Translations under genes and position numbers: made by a program
Source: Octopus vulgaris
Lineage: Eukaryota
Direction: 5' to 3'
DNA length: 64,000 nt
NCBI GenBank assembly: GCA_951406725.2
Contig: OX597815.1
Span: 36,456,001-36,520,000 of the forward strand
In this document: one piece after another, positions 13,294 to 27,370 of the stretch
Layout: the number at the start of each line of letters is the position of its first letter
How positions within the stretch are numbered: the first letter of the stretch is position 1
The notes under the pieces: generated by a model
What the model was told of the DNA's origin: nothing
The model's database searches: none
What the model saw: the letters and a program-made list of their open reading frames with translations, nothing else

Positions 13294-13710
13294 TGTGGTG
13301 AGGTGGCAGAATTGTTAGCATGCCAGGCGAAATCCTTTGCAGCACTTCATGTGTCTGCACATTCTGAGTTCAAATTCCATAGAGGTTAACTTTGCCTTTC
13401 ACCCTTTCAGGGTCAATAAATTAAGTACCAGTGAAACACTGGGGATTGATTTAATTGACTAGTCCCCTTCACCAAAATTTCAGACCTTGTGTCTATAGTA
13501 GAAAGTATTATTATTATTATTATTAAGGCAGTGAGCTGACAGAATTGTTAGCATGCCGGACAAAATTCTTAGCAGTATTTTGTCTGTCTTCTTGTTCTGC
13601 ATTCAAATACCACCAGGGTCGATAAAATAAGTACCAGTTGGACATTGGGGTTGATTTAATCGACTTAGCTGTGCCCCAAAGCTGCTGGCCCTGTGCCAAA
13701 ATTTGAAACC
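13294..13710 (+). mobile_element. Two tandem SINE family B copies
   Basis: gagctggcagaa..gttagca head, with ttcaaattcc..gaggtcgactttgcctttcatcc..gataaa(a/t)taagtaccag body (Deu/Nin-domain-like). Confidence 0.7.
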
Positions 13711-13711
13711 A

Positions 13712-13942
13712 TTATTATTAATATTTAGCAAAAGTGAGGGTGACTGAAAGGTTAAGGGTTTCATACATGGGCACTTATTGAACTAGTTACAGATCAAGGG
13801 GTTGTAAAATTATATACCAGTAATGATAGTATCTCCCTGGATAGGAATACTATTATCATCAGTATATAAATTTACAACCCCTTAATCTGTAACTAGTTTG
13901 GTAAGTGTTAATGCACTCACTTCTGCTAAATATTAATAATAT
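13712..13942. mobile_element. Fold-back MITE-like element
   Basis: attattaatatttagca..aactagttacagat..ggggttgtaaa..tata is mirrored by tata..tttacaacccc..atctgtaactagtt..tgctaaatattaataat. Confidence 0.7.
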
Positions 13943-13953
13943 ACACACACACA

Positions 13954-14041
13954 CTAGCAATGCATCCTGGCGTTGCCAGGGTGTTATGACATACAGCCAT
14001 ATAGTATTATTTGTTCCTTTCTTATAGGCAGAGCAGCACAA

Positions 14042-14045
<4 letters not shown>
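13954..14045 (-). mobile_element. Helitron 3' terminus fragment
   Basis: A-CTAG followed by the CCTGGCGTTGCCAGG hairpin is the reverse complement of the 3' ends at 21590-21619 and 5210-5238. Confidence 0.5.
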
Positions 14046-14079
<34 letters not shown>

Positions 14080-14522
14080 ACTGGATTACTAGCGTAATGG
14101 AAGTTACTATTTGTTTAAAAGTGAAAAGGGGAGGGTACAATTTGCATGGGTTTGCATGAAAGTACTTTCTGTTCTTAAGAAGGATCACAAACTATGTATT
14201 GTTTTAATATATAAAATGGGGGAAATACAATTTTGCCCAGAAATCACATTTTCAAAATTTTAGCTTCCCCCGTCCCCACAACAATTTCTTAATTTGTAAC
14301 TCATTTATGAATTTTTTATTTTTTTTATCTGTGTAGAAAAATACAGAGATTACGAATCTCGGAAATATATTTTTCTTTAATGTTTAATTTTTCTTAAAGA
14401 AACACTCAATGCCCCTTCACCTACCTTGCACACTCATCATCTACTCACTTTTAATACCTAATGTTTCACATTCATCTGATGTTTCACGCATGCGTAGAAT
14501 TGTACTGAAATAGCAGATGTAA

Positions 14523-14750
14523 AAGGTGGCAAGCTGGCAGAAACGTTAGCACACTGGGCAAAATGCTTAGCAGTATTTCGTCTGTCTTTATGCTCTGAGT
14601 TCAAATTCCGCCGAGGTCAACTTTGCCTTTCATCCTTTCGGAGTCAATAAATTAAGTACCAGTTCCATACTGATCTAATTGGGGTTGATCTAATTGACTG
14701 CCCCCCCCCCTCCCCCAAAATTTTGGGCCTTGTGTCTAGAGTAGAAAAGA
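14523..14750 (+). mobile_element. SINE family B
   Basis: ggtggcaagctggcagaaacgttagc...ttcaaattccgccgaggtcaactttgcctttcatcc. Confidence 0.75.
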
Positions 14751-17190
14751 AACAGCAAATGTAAAATAATATTAGAGCACCACCAGAAAACCTGAGATGC
14801 TAAAAACAACAGGTAAACAACATTATTTCTGAAGAAGCTTCTCCGCTTTCCAAAAAGCTAAAAGTGAAACAGTGGGAGTTTGTAGCTTTTTGAAAGTGGT
14901 GAGGTGATGGGTGGATGTTTGAGAAGGAAATTTTAGTGTTTCTTTGAGAAAAAAGAAAGAAGAAAATTCTTTGATTCATATTCTGTTTTTTTCTCTCTTG
15001 GCTGAAACTGCTGTAAGTTATTTTCCCAATTTATATTCCTGTATGTTATATTTTAATAATTACTGGTATATTTATATATTAATATATTTTATATGTAAAG
15101 CATAATATGCTATACATGTATGTATATTATTGTAATTATCATCTTAGTAAATAAATAAATAAGTTGACATAATATAATGTCTAAAAGTTGATGAACCACC
15201 TATTGATTCCCTCAATTTTCTTATTGCTCTCTCTCTCTCTCTCTCGCTACATATATATATATATAATCTCAAACAGACATCCTACTGATATAAAATCTTG
15301 GTTCAGGAAATAGACCAGTTACTGGGTTCACACTATACAAGACCCACATAAGACACGGAAAAAATATTTGGTGAAGTTGTACTGGAAGATCTCAAGAATT
15401 ATGTCATAAAATAAAACACAGAAAGAAAACTGCAGATAATATACATTTATAGGAGTACTATAACTTCTGTGTAGATAATTGAAATATAAGATGATAATGA
15501 AGCAATAACTGATAGGAATATCAGTTATTGCTATATTTGTCTTTGGATATTAATTTCAGCCTCCCTATTATATGCTCTTAGAATGTATGAATATCATACT
15601 TAACCATTTGAATATGAAGCTTTATAACTATATTTGCATCCTTATTTCACTTTACATAACTGCTAACTGAAAATCTTAGTTTCTGACCACTTAGTCAAGA
15701 GTTCAAGTCTTACTAAAATGACCATCAAGCTATGCTTGAATGACATGTATTTGTACTCCTATTTAATAGGTTAGGAAAGACAATCTTAAAAAACTAGTAC
15801 TCTCTATTACTTCATGGTAAAATAGATCCAACATGCTCTAACTTAACACAACTCAAGCATAGTAAAATGTGCAGCATGGCATCAGAACAGTCTGAAATGT
15901 GACGCTTGGTAACTGATCTAGATCTTGCTCTTCAGTATTCAACTGACTATCTCCATGTGACTAGTTTGCATGAGTACAACATGAATGCAAAGTGGACCTA
16001 CTTAAACTAAGAACAGTGCATCAGGTCAACAATGAGTCTTCTAAATATCTGTCTTAACAACAGAGGACATACTTTAAATCTTAAATTGTATCACAATGCA
16101 CCATTATAAAGTGTGGTTGGTCTTTGTGACAAACCCTAACTGTCAATCATTCAAATACTTTCAAATCATTAAACTTCTCAGTTTAGGTTGACGAAAGCTT
16201 TCTAAGAAGAAACAGACTGATGCAACATAAACTAACCCACCCATGCCTTTACAGAAAAATTATGTAAAATTGCAAAGAGAGAAAAACAAACTTTCTACTG
16301 CTTAGACTGTTAAATTCTTGTTCTCACTTTTGTTTAATAAATATAAGGGTGCAAATCAGATTCAAATATTGTCATATAAGTTTGTCTTTATTGAGATTAG
16401 AATTCTATTTTCTTGTTGCCACTCTGTGCTTTCTTTCTTTCTTTTTCTCCTATTTTATTCTTCCTTTTTTTCTTTGCCATTCATCATTTCAGAAATGCTT
16501 CCAAGCTTCAAAACATTGTTTAGTAGTAAGAATGACAAGATATTAATGAATGCTGAGTACCACTCTTGTAAACAATGCTCAGAATTTAACCCGTTCTCAA
16601 CAACCACGAAAACAACTTTAGATCCTTTCCCAATAACTTGCATACCAAAATCTACATCATGCAGACATTTACACCAACACACACACACAGCCATTCAGAT
16701 TCTCATTCTTGGTATGCACTGGAGTGGTGGACAAGTTTGCAATTTTGAATATTTGCCAGTAAAACACTAACATTTGTTGTTTTACAGATTGATACCCTAC
16801 CTTATAACAACTAACATCAAATATCAAGACAGTAGCAGTAAGCATACTTCACCTTCAGTAGTTATTTAGTGGCTGGTATACATTGTTTTTTTTTTGTTCG
16901 TTTGTTTTTTGTTTTTTTATGGTTAACATTGGTTATCAAGGCATATCACATAAAGCTATAAATAACAGCATGTAAATAAGGATTGAAAAACCGTTTTTTT
17001 TTTTATAGAAAAAGTCAAAGGTCATTTCTATCTCAAAAAATGTTTTCACCCAATATTTACAGCTGTATAAAAAGAACTATGTGTGATGTGCTTCAAGAGC
17101 CAATGTTAAAAAAAAAAATTTTTTTTTTAAAGTATTATATCACATTCACTTGAATTTTATAAAATTCTAATAATGTCATACATGCATATG

Positions 17191-17234
<44 letters not shown>

Positions 17235-18789
17235 CATCATTAGACAAAAAAGTCTATTTTTTTCTCAGGTAGCATCTGTTTAACATAATGAAGTTGAGAA
17301 AAAAGCATACTGTAGAAGATTCAAAATATTTTACATATTAAGAGCTATGTCAAGGGGGATATTTACTATCATACAACATACATTCCTAGCATATTATATT
17401 CTAACTTGAGAAATTGTACACATGTTTGCAGTTTATTTTAGAGATAAGAATTCTGTTTGGTTCCATGTCAGTTTCTTTAAATCTTTTCCAACCATATTTT
17501 TAACAAAACATATTGTCTAAGTATTTATATTGATTTTAAAGACAATCAAGAATTTGAAGAAATCAGTGTTTGATACACTAGAACTTGTTAAATCATATAG
17601 AAACACTTTAGAATGAGAAGTTTTGCATCATAGAAGTACATGTAGTTACATATAGGATGGGATCAGGGATCCAAGTTGACTTGAGAAAAGACACAGATTG
17701 TAAAATAGTATATGATTTATTTTAAATGCACAGAGCTGGAAAAGTTGTCTTAAAAACTTTAATGATAAATCCTTTGAGATTTATTATGATATTGAAAATT
17801 AATTTTTCAACAGTCTTTATCGTAGTAATTCAAAATTTAGGAAATCTAATTTTCATTTTTATAATGACAGCAATGGAATTTTAATAACTTCCACATAAAT
17901 GTAAAATATGGTTTGTCTGCTTATCTGTTTATGTATGTGCATTAAACTTTTCATTGCTCTTTTAGATAATAAGAATGGAAGAGACTTATATATAAATGAC
18001 TAACTAGATACACAATCAGGCATGAGAAGAGTGATAACGATAAGATAATATTTTGTTTATATCTGTGTGAGTATGTGTTTACAGAGCTGTGTGTAAGCAG
18101 ATGTGATGTTTGTATGTGCATGTGCATATATATAACTTATAATAGTACTGGTTTTCAGTGTCCTTCCAGGAAATAGGCTGTGCTGTAGATGCATCTAACC
18201 CATGTCAGCATGAAGAAACAAATATTAGGGTAATGATGATCATGATGATCATCATCATCATTTAACATCCTCCTTCCATGCTGACATGGGTTGGATGGTT
18301 TGACAGGAACTGGAAAGTCAAAAGACTACGTCAAGCTCTACTGTATGTTTTGGCATAGTTTTTACAGCCGGTGCCCTTCCTAATGCCAACCACTGGTGAG
18401 GTGGCACAAAAGGGGCAATTAAAACCTGACATACTGAAACTACATAACTATCATCAAAACAAGTACATGAACCAACAAGGGAACCTATATGCTTTGGGTC
18501 AGCCTATTAGGCACAGGAGCTAAACCTTCCTTAAATTATATCATACCATCTTCAAACATGAAAGTTATATTGAATAATGCAGTTCTAGATAATGCGTATG
18601 TGTACAAAAAATGGGATAGTAACAGCTAGCGTGTTTGATTACAGAACTATAGTTAGAGATGACCTTATGGCTAAACAAAGATCACAACAATATAAGAAGC
18701 ACAAGAGTTAATGGCAAACACATATCTACATATTCCTGGTTATATTTCACCTGGTTGAATATACAAAATTATATAATGTGAAATAATAT

Positions 18790-19280
18790 ACTTCATCATC
18801 ATCAACATCATTGTTTAACATCCGCTTTCCATGCTAGCATGGGTTGGACGATTTGATTGAGGTCTGGCGAACCAGACTCCAATCTGATCTGACAGAGTTT
18901 CTACAGCTGGATTCCCTTCCTAATCCCAACCACTTTGAGAGTGTAGTGGGTGCCTTTACGTGCCACCGGCACGAGGGCCAATTAGGTGGTACTGGCAATG
19001 GCCACGCTCAAATGGTGCTTTTTTTATGTGCCACCTGCACAGGAGCCAGTCCAGAGGCACTAGCAACGATCTCGCTCAAAAGTTTTTTCCTGTGCCACCA
19101 GCACAAGTGCTAGTAAGACGACGCAGGTAACGATCACGTTCGAATGGTGTTTTTAACGTGCCATCGGCATGAAGGCCAGCTTGTTGCTCTGGCAATGATC
19201 TCACTTGTATGGTACTCTTAGTGCTCCACAAGCAACAGATGCCAGTCACCAAGTTTGATTTCGATTTCAATTTCACTTGC
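18790..19280 (-). mobile_element. SINE-like family D
   Basis: Same (CAT)n end, ttcctaat.ccaaccact core and internal repeats as 4470-4888. Confidence 0.75.
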
Positions 19281-21234
19281 CCTTCTTAATATGAATTACA
19301 AACCAATGTTTCTAAATAACTTTTACATAAATGCCATCTGAATTTTATAAAACATGCATTGAATAAATAGATATTTGTTTTCTTACTATTCAAGTCTTGA
19401 TGAGAAAATGACACATCTACATCCTTTTGCTATTTCTAAGAAGTTTTGAAACAGTTGTCAATATAAATATTTCTTAAGTAAGAATATTCATATCTAAGAA
19501 TTCCTCTAGGAAAAAAAGCTTGGAAGTTAAATTTCCTGAGCCTCTACCTAGTACCATCAAGACCCTCTATCCATCCATGTCAGAGGGAACATGCCCATCT
19601 ATATCAGATTGAAATGACTGCCTGCTAAACAACAAATCCCTCTTGTAAAGTGGTTTGGTGATAGGAACATATCCAGCAGTAAGAAACTAAGGAACCTACC
19701 AAAAATAACAATATACACAATAAAAAAGTTGACCATGGTAAAGAAGAAGGCAGTAATTCCAAGTAAGAATGGGCAGACAGTAGAAAGGGGTTTCTAATCC
19801 TACTGCATGGGTCAAATCTTCTAGAGTCAGTAGCTTGATAAAATGCACCCTGTAAACTCCCTAGAGTGGTTGGTGATAAGGGTATCCAGATGTAGAAACC
19901 ATGTCAAAATTGGAACATATAGGTAAGACACAGACTCTGCAAGTCACATCACAGGTTACCCATCTACAATGGTAGTAACTTTGAATAGGAACTGATATCG
20001 GATAAAAGGGACACTTGTCGTTCTACATAGGACAACCACTGTAGTGCCAGTGGAATGCTAAAATGTACAGTAATATGTACCCAGAATGTCAGCTTGACTT
20101 CCAATGTTAGCATCAAACAGGACTGTGAAGAAAATATCAAAGATTTCCAGCATAAGCAGGATTTTGTCAATTTCATAGGATATGGTTGTAGAGTCAACTT
20201 TAGAAAATCCTGGATATTATTTTATCAACTCAGAAAGGATGAAGTAAAATATTGGAAATATTAATAAAAATCATATACTCTGATAGCTCAAGATATACTT
20301 CCAGTTAGCAACATATAGCGACATAATATACACAGAAGCTTCAATGTGATTGCTCAAGTTACTAACACTAAAGATGACTTATACAGGAAGATGAAAAGGT
20401 TACTTTTACCTGTGTTCATTCATGAAATGTATAATGCATTATGTTAAGCTAATGTGGAAGCTTCAATGTGACTGCTTGAATTGCTAAAAACAGCAGCTAA
20501 CCCCTTCCCTCATAACTACTATCTTAAAATGGGAAGGACACATTAGATAATGTAATCCTAGATATACAAGAAGACAGGTTGGTCACAGTTGGAAGATTGA
20601 TTATAGATCTGTTAAATCAGTCTCAACAAGACACACTATCATTTCTGTTTGACCACACATAGCTGTTCTTTCTTGAGAAGCCCTAAAGTAACTCTACAAT
20701 CTATAAAGCCACATACATCTTTTATAACATTTCACAACTTTCATGTCTGTAATGTGTGTGTATGACAGTATCTTGCAGCTTTGCCATGAAACCTCTTTGT
20801 GTTTCATTAGATTTTACATCTAGCCTATAAGCAGGCAGTCTTTTATGTTTACTAACCTAGTTCTTATCTAAATCTTTTTGACTTTTAGTTATTTTCCTTT
20901 TCTTTTCTTTTTCTTTCTTGTTATCCCTCAGATAATTCTTAATGCCACCAGGACAAATGTAACCTCTCAGTTATTGTGAATTTCTGAAACTTTTCAGGTT
21001 TGTATCAAATATCTTTGTCATTACTCTTATGTCATTTTAATTAAGGGACAAAACATTTGTGCAACATGACACAGCATGCATATACAAAGTTTGTTTGTCT
21101 GGTAAAATAAAACTTCTTTCCACCAACACAAAAGAAAGTTCATAGGACATCAACACTCATGGCATATCTTAACAAAGCTTTAATATAAAACAGATTTCTT
21201 GTAAAATTATTGCTCCAAAATTGCAGTGGCTCTA

Positions 21235-21619
21235 TCTCTCTATATATAAACGGCAGTTTGTCTGTGCGTGTTTCTGTGTGTCTGTTTTCTCGTACCCTCA
21301 CCCTGACCACGGCTTTCAACCGATTCTGATGAAACTTGACACACACATAGCCCAATGTCATAATTCAAAACTAACGCAGCGAAAATTTTGAAAAGTTCCC
21401 CCAGTTCTGAAAAAAATCGATAAATTCGACATGGGGTCGAGAATCAGAAACACGAACCACAAACTGTCTAGGGGATGCAACTCCACCTTTTTTAAATCTC
21501 AAAAAAAAATTTACCATCATTTTTTTCCATTTTTTTGCTATTTTTGGGCTATAACTCTCTAAAAATGCTTTATAGTTATTTCCCTTACAAACCTGAGCAA
21601 CGCCGGGCGATACTGCTAG
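21235..21619 (+). mobile_element. Non-autonomous Helitron
   Basis: A|TCTCTCTATATATAAACGGCAG 5' end. 3' CCTGAGCAACGCCGGG hairpin, then CTAG|T. No TSD. Confidence 0.8.
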
Positions 21620-21895
21620 TCATAACTAAAAAAGAAATATTTCAGTATGGTACACTACATAGAAAAAGTTACAAAATAGTTTAGTAGAAAATAAGTTTAG
21701 CAAACATTTTGGCATTAATTACAAAAACCCTTAAGGAGTCATTTCATTTTCCTGCCTTTTTATCACTACTACAATAGCCTACCCAATACATCCATATCTC
21801 CACTTCCCAACACCTTCATGTCTACAACCAACCCCAAATCCTATACCTCAATACTTTTCCTAATCTTTCTTCCCAAGATCTGCAGCACTCTAGAC

Positions 21896-22209
21896 CAGTG
21901 GTTCTCAACCAGGGTCTGTATGACTCCTAGGTGTCCCTATAAGATTTTTGGTGGTCCACGCTAGCATATTAGTAAATTGGGGATCCACAGTAGCATTTTA
22001 AGTGTCCATGAAAATTTTTGATTTTGATGTATTTGTAGCAAGAAACATCTGTTTCTTTTTCTAATGTTTTACATAGTCCAGCCTACATAAGGGTGCAGAA
22101 AATAAAGGTGGAATCTTGAAAGAACTACTTACAAAACTAGGTTTTAAACATCAAATGGGTATGAGGGTTCACAACAATAAAATAATAATCAAAAGGTTGA
22201 GAACCACTG
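21896..22209. mobile_element. hAT (Charlie/MER5-like) MITE
   Basis: TIRs CAGTGGTTCTCAACC / GGTTGAGAACCACTG, with an 8-bp TSD ctctagac/ttctagac. Confidence 0.9.
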
Positions 22210-23175
22210 TTCTAGACATTCATTCCACTGTGCTTACATTTCCCCCTGCATAAACCAAATGACAAATGACGCTCAAACTGAACATCACCTGTATCAAATA
22301 CACTGGTAAAAGGACATTTAACAAGTTAGTTATTTGACTAACTTATAGAGAAAAACAACTACAACTGATACAATGTTAGAGTTAGATTACTGGGTGTACT
22401 GTTGGGAGAATGTATACTAGACAGAATAGTAGAGTTTTAATTTAATTCATACAAAATGAAATAAGAACCTGATCAATCTTTCATCACACATGTAATAAAA
22501 TACACATGAGAGTAAAACAAATACTTGTGGCAAAAGAAGGAACTTAAATACTCTTCATTAAATTTCAAGTTACCATCACTTCATTACCATAACCAGTGCA
22601 ACCACTCTTAATATTTCCATCACCATTATTTAGCTTTACTCCTTTATACACTGAGCTCCCACTAAGGTTTATTTTTGTTCTTCATTTTTCAAAAGTCAAT
22701 AATTAACTGCTCCCTCCCTTGAAATCTGAGGTCCTGTGGCTATCATCATTATCATTCGTCATCATTTAACATTCACTTTTCCAGTCTTACACAGGTCAGA
22801 CAGAATTTGTTAAAGCAGATTTTCGAAGGCCTGATGCCCTCCCTGTTGTCGACCATCACCTTTTGCCAAGCAAGGTAATATTTTCCCATAACCAGCCATG
22901 TTTTCTATGGAGAACTGGAAACAAACAACCACATGTGCACATTTAAAGCCATCATATGATGTCCAGACAAGGGTACACAAACACAATATGTACATACATA
23001 TAAAGCTATTTATCTATCTATGTGGTTGGCCTTAGGAAAGGCATCCAGCTGTAGAAACCAAGCCAAACAGACTATAGGACCTGGTGAGGCCCTTGGCCTT
23101 GCCAGTGCCTACCAAGCCATCCAACCCAAGCCAGTAAGGAAAACGGATAATGGCAATAGATAGATAGATAAACTT

Positions 23176-24900
23176 TCTCTATTAGCCATACAGGGCCAAA
23201 CACAGAGGGGACAAAATACAATGTAGAGCTTTTATTTTCGAAAATAGAAAAAAAGAGAGAGAAAAATAAAATTCCGATCAAAAGGGATCATGAGAAAAGA
23301 GGGAAAAAAAAACAATCAAAAGGAATCGTGTGTCACAGAAAAATTTTTAAAGTGTAAAAAGCAAGATTAGATTTATTCGTAGAAAGAAAAGCCTACGGAA
23401 AAGACCACGCATGTGTTTATTCCCAGGCAGGGAGGGAATAAACACATGAGAGCAAAGTGCTCTCTCTCTTTCTTTCGATTTACAAGATCATGCTCATAGT
23501 GGTTTCATCACTCACATGCACCATCTTTGCTACATTCACCAACCTTTTATTGAAACTTTCACAAGACAAAACTTGCCTCTCTATTCTTACCTTCCTTTTC
23601 AAGTGGTACTTGAAAAAGTTGATGAGCGATTGGCCAGAGAGGTAAATGTTTGTCTCTAAACCTTTCGCTCAAGTCCACCACACACCTTCTTTCACCATGG
23701 CCACCAATATAATGAAGACTGCCTTGCTTTCCTGGTTAAGGGAAGGTGGCGGAGCAATTAACATGATAGACTCGGCCGATAGGCAGACTCGACCCACATG
23801 TGACAGCAGCCGTTTGGCATAAGCCACAGGTCCAAAATAGTTAGACATTGCACAAGTGCATGCAGAACAATTTTGTCACTCTGACCGTATCTCAGGCAAG
23901 TCAGTCTGGTGTGTGTTGAATCGTGCCTGTAGAGCTTATCTCGAACAGGTAATGCTTCTCGATAGCACTGCCAGGCCAGGGATCTTTGGTGATTGTCTAT
24001 AAATCCTGGCCCGAAAGTTGTCCTGAACAGGCGGGTCAGGTGTTCCTCGTCGACACCCAGATTCTACCCAAGAACGTTGTCGCACCTCCCCTCCACTAAT
24101 CCTCTATAGAACGCCTTTGTAGAGTTGAAGTTGCACAAGTTTGGTCCCTGACAGCAGAGTTGCTTGAGAGCAAGGCAGCACTCGCAGTGCCATTCGCCTA
24201 GCCTTGGTCTCTGTTTGATCCATGACTGCAGTTCAGCCAAAGAAACGAGCTGCGGGAAAGTGCGCTGTACAAACAGCGACCACACCTGTTCACCATCGTC
24301 TATGAAGCATCGGAGATGTCGCAGTCTCAGCGCATGTCTGCGCATCATCAACCTCGGCATGCCTAGCCCTCCATTTAGCGGGTGCTGACAGCAAATGGAT
24401 TGCCTAACCATCAGAATGCTTCCCTTCCACAAAAAGCGGAAGAGTATGCATTCCAGTTTGGTGATGGTAGGGTCGGGACAAGGCACGACAGTTAGACAGT
24501 AATTGATGATGGATGAGATGTACGCGTTCGCCACCTCCGCCTGACCTTTTAGGGATAGCTTCCTCTCAGCCCATTGCTGGGTGAGAGTGGCCACCCTAGT
24601 CGTTATCTCACCCCAGTTCTTCTCCATTTGGAGGTCCAGACCAAACCAGACTCCGAACAATTTAACCGGTCCATTGGTCCAGCATCCCACGATGGAGACG
24701 CTGTTGGATGGCAAGGGCTTGCTTCTCCAGGTGCCAAGCCACAAGCCCACTGACTTTTCCTGGTTAATTTTTGCTCCCGCTACCGCTTTGTATTCTTTTA
24801 GTGTCTCGCCAACCAGGTTGATGTGTTTGTCGCTTGACACTATGATGGTGACATCATCCGTGTATGCAGACACGCTCCTCTCACAGGATGCCCCTAAGCA
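23176..24900 (-). mobile_element. 5'-truncated L1/Tx1-clade LINE (RT C-terminal half, downstream zinc-binding region, 3' UTR)
   Basis: ORF 24064-24873 has SAYTDDVT (YADD), GAKINQEKS, RKLSLKG and GGLGMP. Degraded coding continues leftward into a T-rich 3' UTR. Confidence 0.9.
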
Positions 24901-25639
24901 TCATAGACAGACAGACAGACAGATAGACAGACAAACAGACAGATCTTAGGTTATGAACATTTATTTCCATCAACATCATCACCAGAAATTCAGTTCCACA
25001 TTATTATCTTAAACTTGTTGGTTATAAGTAGAGACAAAATGGCCAAGTGGGTAATGTTGTGAACTACCACCTCATGACCAGGAGTTCAAATCTATTGCAT
25101 TTCATTATATCTACAAATACGATATTTTATGTCAACATACTTCATTTCACATAGCAGTCAAGAAAACATTTACTTATAAAAGACACATTCCTCATGATGC
25201 TAGTAATAAGAAACTTGGAATAGCAACAGTATGAAGTATGACCTGTGAATAGAGAGTTAACTATTGCATTTGTGTAGCCTTTATCTTGCTTGTACAATCA
25301 AATGCACATATACATGTGTGTGTGTGTGTGGAGTGTATGCATATATAAACATGTGTATGCATATGAAAAACAAAAATAACCTAGTGTTTTAAATTGAATA
25401 GGTAGTTGGTCTCTTTTAGTACACTGAGCAGAATTAATGAAAGTTTGCAAAATCAGTTTATAATTACATAAATACTATTTTAGTTACAGTGCTCTGGACC
25501 TGATATTTATAGATGTGTGTGAGTGTGGGATAAGAAAAATGAAGTTAAAGTATAAAAATACATCAAGATACTTATAATACCTTACAACATGTAAACTATA
25601 CAACAAACAACATAATGCAGGAGATTCATGTATGTAATG

Positions 25640-25693
<54 letters not shown>

Positions 25694-26081
25694 AACATAT
25701 ATATAAGTGATTATATATATGTACACATAAGGTCACACACACCACACACACTTCTACAGTCACATACACATATCAAGTTTATTTATGAACGTATATCTAA
25801 CTTAAAAGCTTACAAGTTTGCTTTAAAACCTGTCCAACTAGTTCTTATACCTCTTATGTTTTCTATCTGATAAAGAGTTAAAATAAAGAATCTTTTTTTA
25901 AAAAATAAGGTTAATAAAGTACATGTTTTGTTTTTGTTGTTGTGCTTTATTATTGTTGTTAAGTCAATGATAGTTACTGTCTAGTACCCCAAGTTAGCCC
26001 TGACTGAGCAGAGCTCTGATCAAAGGCATTCCAATTATGACCATTTGGTTTTTTTAATTAAAAAAATTTTTTTTATAGAGA

Positions 26082-26810
26082 TGCAGGCATGCGTGGTAAG
26101 TAGCTTGTTTACCAACCACATGGTCCCAGGTTCAGTCCCACTGTGTGGCTCCTTGGGCAGGTGTCTTCTACTATAGCCTCGGGCCGACCAAAGCCTTGTG
26201 AGTGGATTTGGTAGACGGAAACGGAAAGAAGCCCGTCGTATATATGTATATATATGCGTGTGTGTGTTTGTGTGTCTGTGTTTGTCCCCCTAGCATTGCA
26301 TGACAACCGATGCTGGTGTGTTTACGTCCCCGTTACCTAGCGGTTCGGCAAAAAGAGACCGATAGAATAAGTACTGGGCTTACAAAAAGAATAAGTCCCA
26401 GGGTCAAGTTGCTCGATTAAAGGTGGTGTTCCAGCATGGCCGCAGTCAAATGACTGAAACAAGTAAAAGAGTAAAGAGTATGGCTATGCAGTTAAGAAGT
26501 TCATTTAGGAACTGTGTGGTTCAGGGTTCAGGCCTATTGCATGGCACTTTAGACAGGTGTCTTATACTATAGCTCTGGACTGGCCAATGCTTTGTGAGAG
26601 AATTTAGTAGATGGAAACACTGTAGAAGCCCATCATGTATATATGTACATATGTGGGAGTGTGTGTGTATGTTTATGTATCCCATCAGCACTTGACAACC
26701 GGTGTTGGTTTGTGTACATCTCCATAACTTAACAGTTTGGCAAAAGAAAGTCAAAAGAATAAATATCAGACTTAAAAACATAAATATTGATATCAATTTG
26801 TTTCACTACA
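26082..26810 (+). mobile_element. Two tandem SINE family A copies (young, then old)
   Basis: 26082-26479 is near-consensus and 26480-26810 is a diverged copy. Confidence 0.8.
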
Positions 26811-27019
26811 CCCTAGTAGGCACTTATGGTAAGATACTGCAAGACTACGGGTACTTAAGAGTAAAATGTTTGTTATTACAATGTTCCAAGTTCAATTTCA
26901 TATCAAAATAGTTTATACATGAAATACCAGTAATATAGTGGTGTCTGTTCATTCAACTATAGCCTTAGCCTCACTGTAATTGATTTAGTTTTGTAGTCAA
27001 ATGAGAATAAAAAATTATA

Positions 27020-27370
27020 TAATTTTGTATTTCAGGAAGGTCACAATGCCAATAATAAACACACACACACTGGTTCTATTTCACATCTCTTCATATTATT
27101 AAATTTGTTAACATTCAATCAATTAACTACTCAATTATTTGATTAATCGCTTGGTCAATCAATCAAACAGCTAGGTTTGTCAAAGTAGAGAAAGCAGGTC
27201 ATTGATGAGAATGCAAATGGCTATAAATGGGCTTTGCTAAACCTAATTGATTGATTGATAGACTGAATGATTAATCAACTAAATCAATTAGTAATTAAAA
27301 AAAAGGAGTTAAAAAGAACCAATGCATGCGTTTATGATTTACATAATGACCCTCCTGAGGTACAACAAAA
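27020..27370. mobile_element. Fold-back MITE-like repeat (related half-copy at ~8450-8610)
   Basis: ttgtatttcaggaaggtca / tgaccctcctgaggtacaa, and caatcaatcaa..taggtttgtcaaag / ctttgctaaaccta..ttgattgattg. Confidence 0.55.

Noticed and set aside
21326-21340. CTGATGAAAC as a hammerhead core
   Set aside because: There is no stem II between CTGATGA and GAAA. It is part of the Helitron body.
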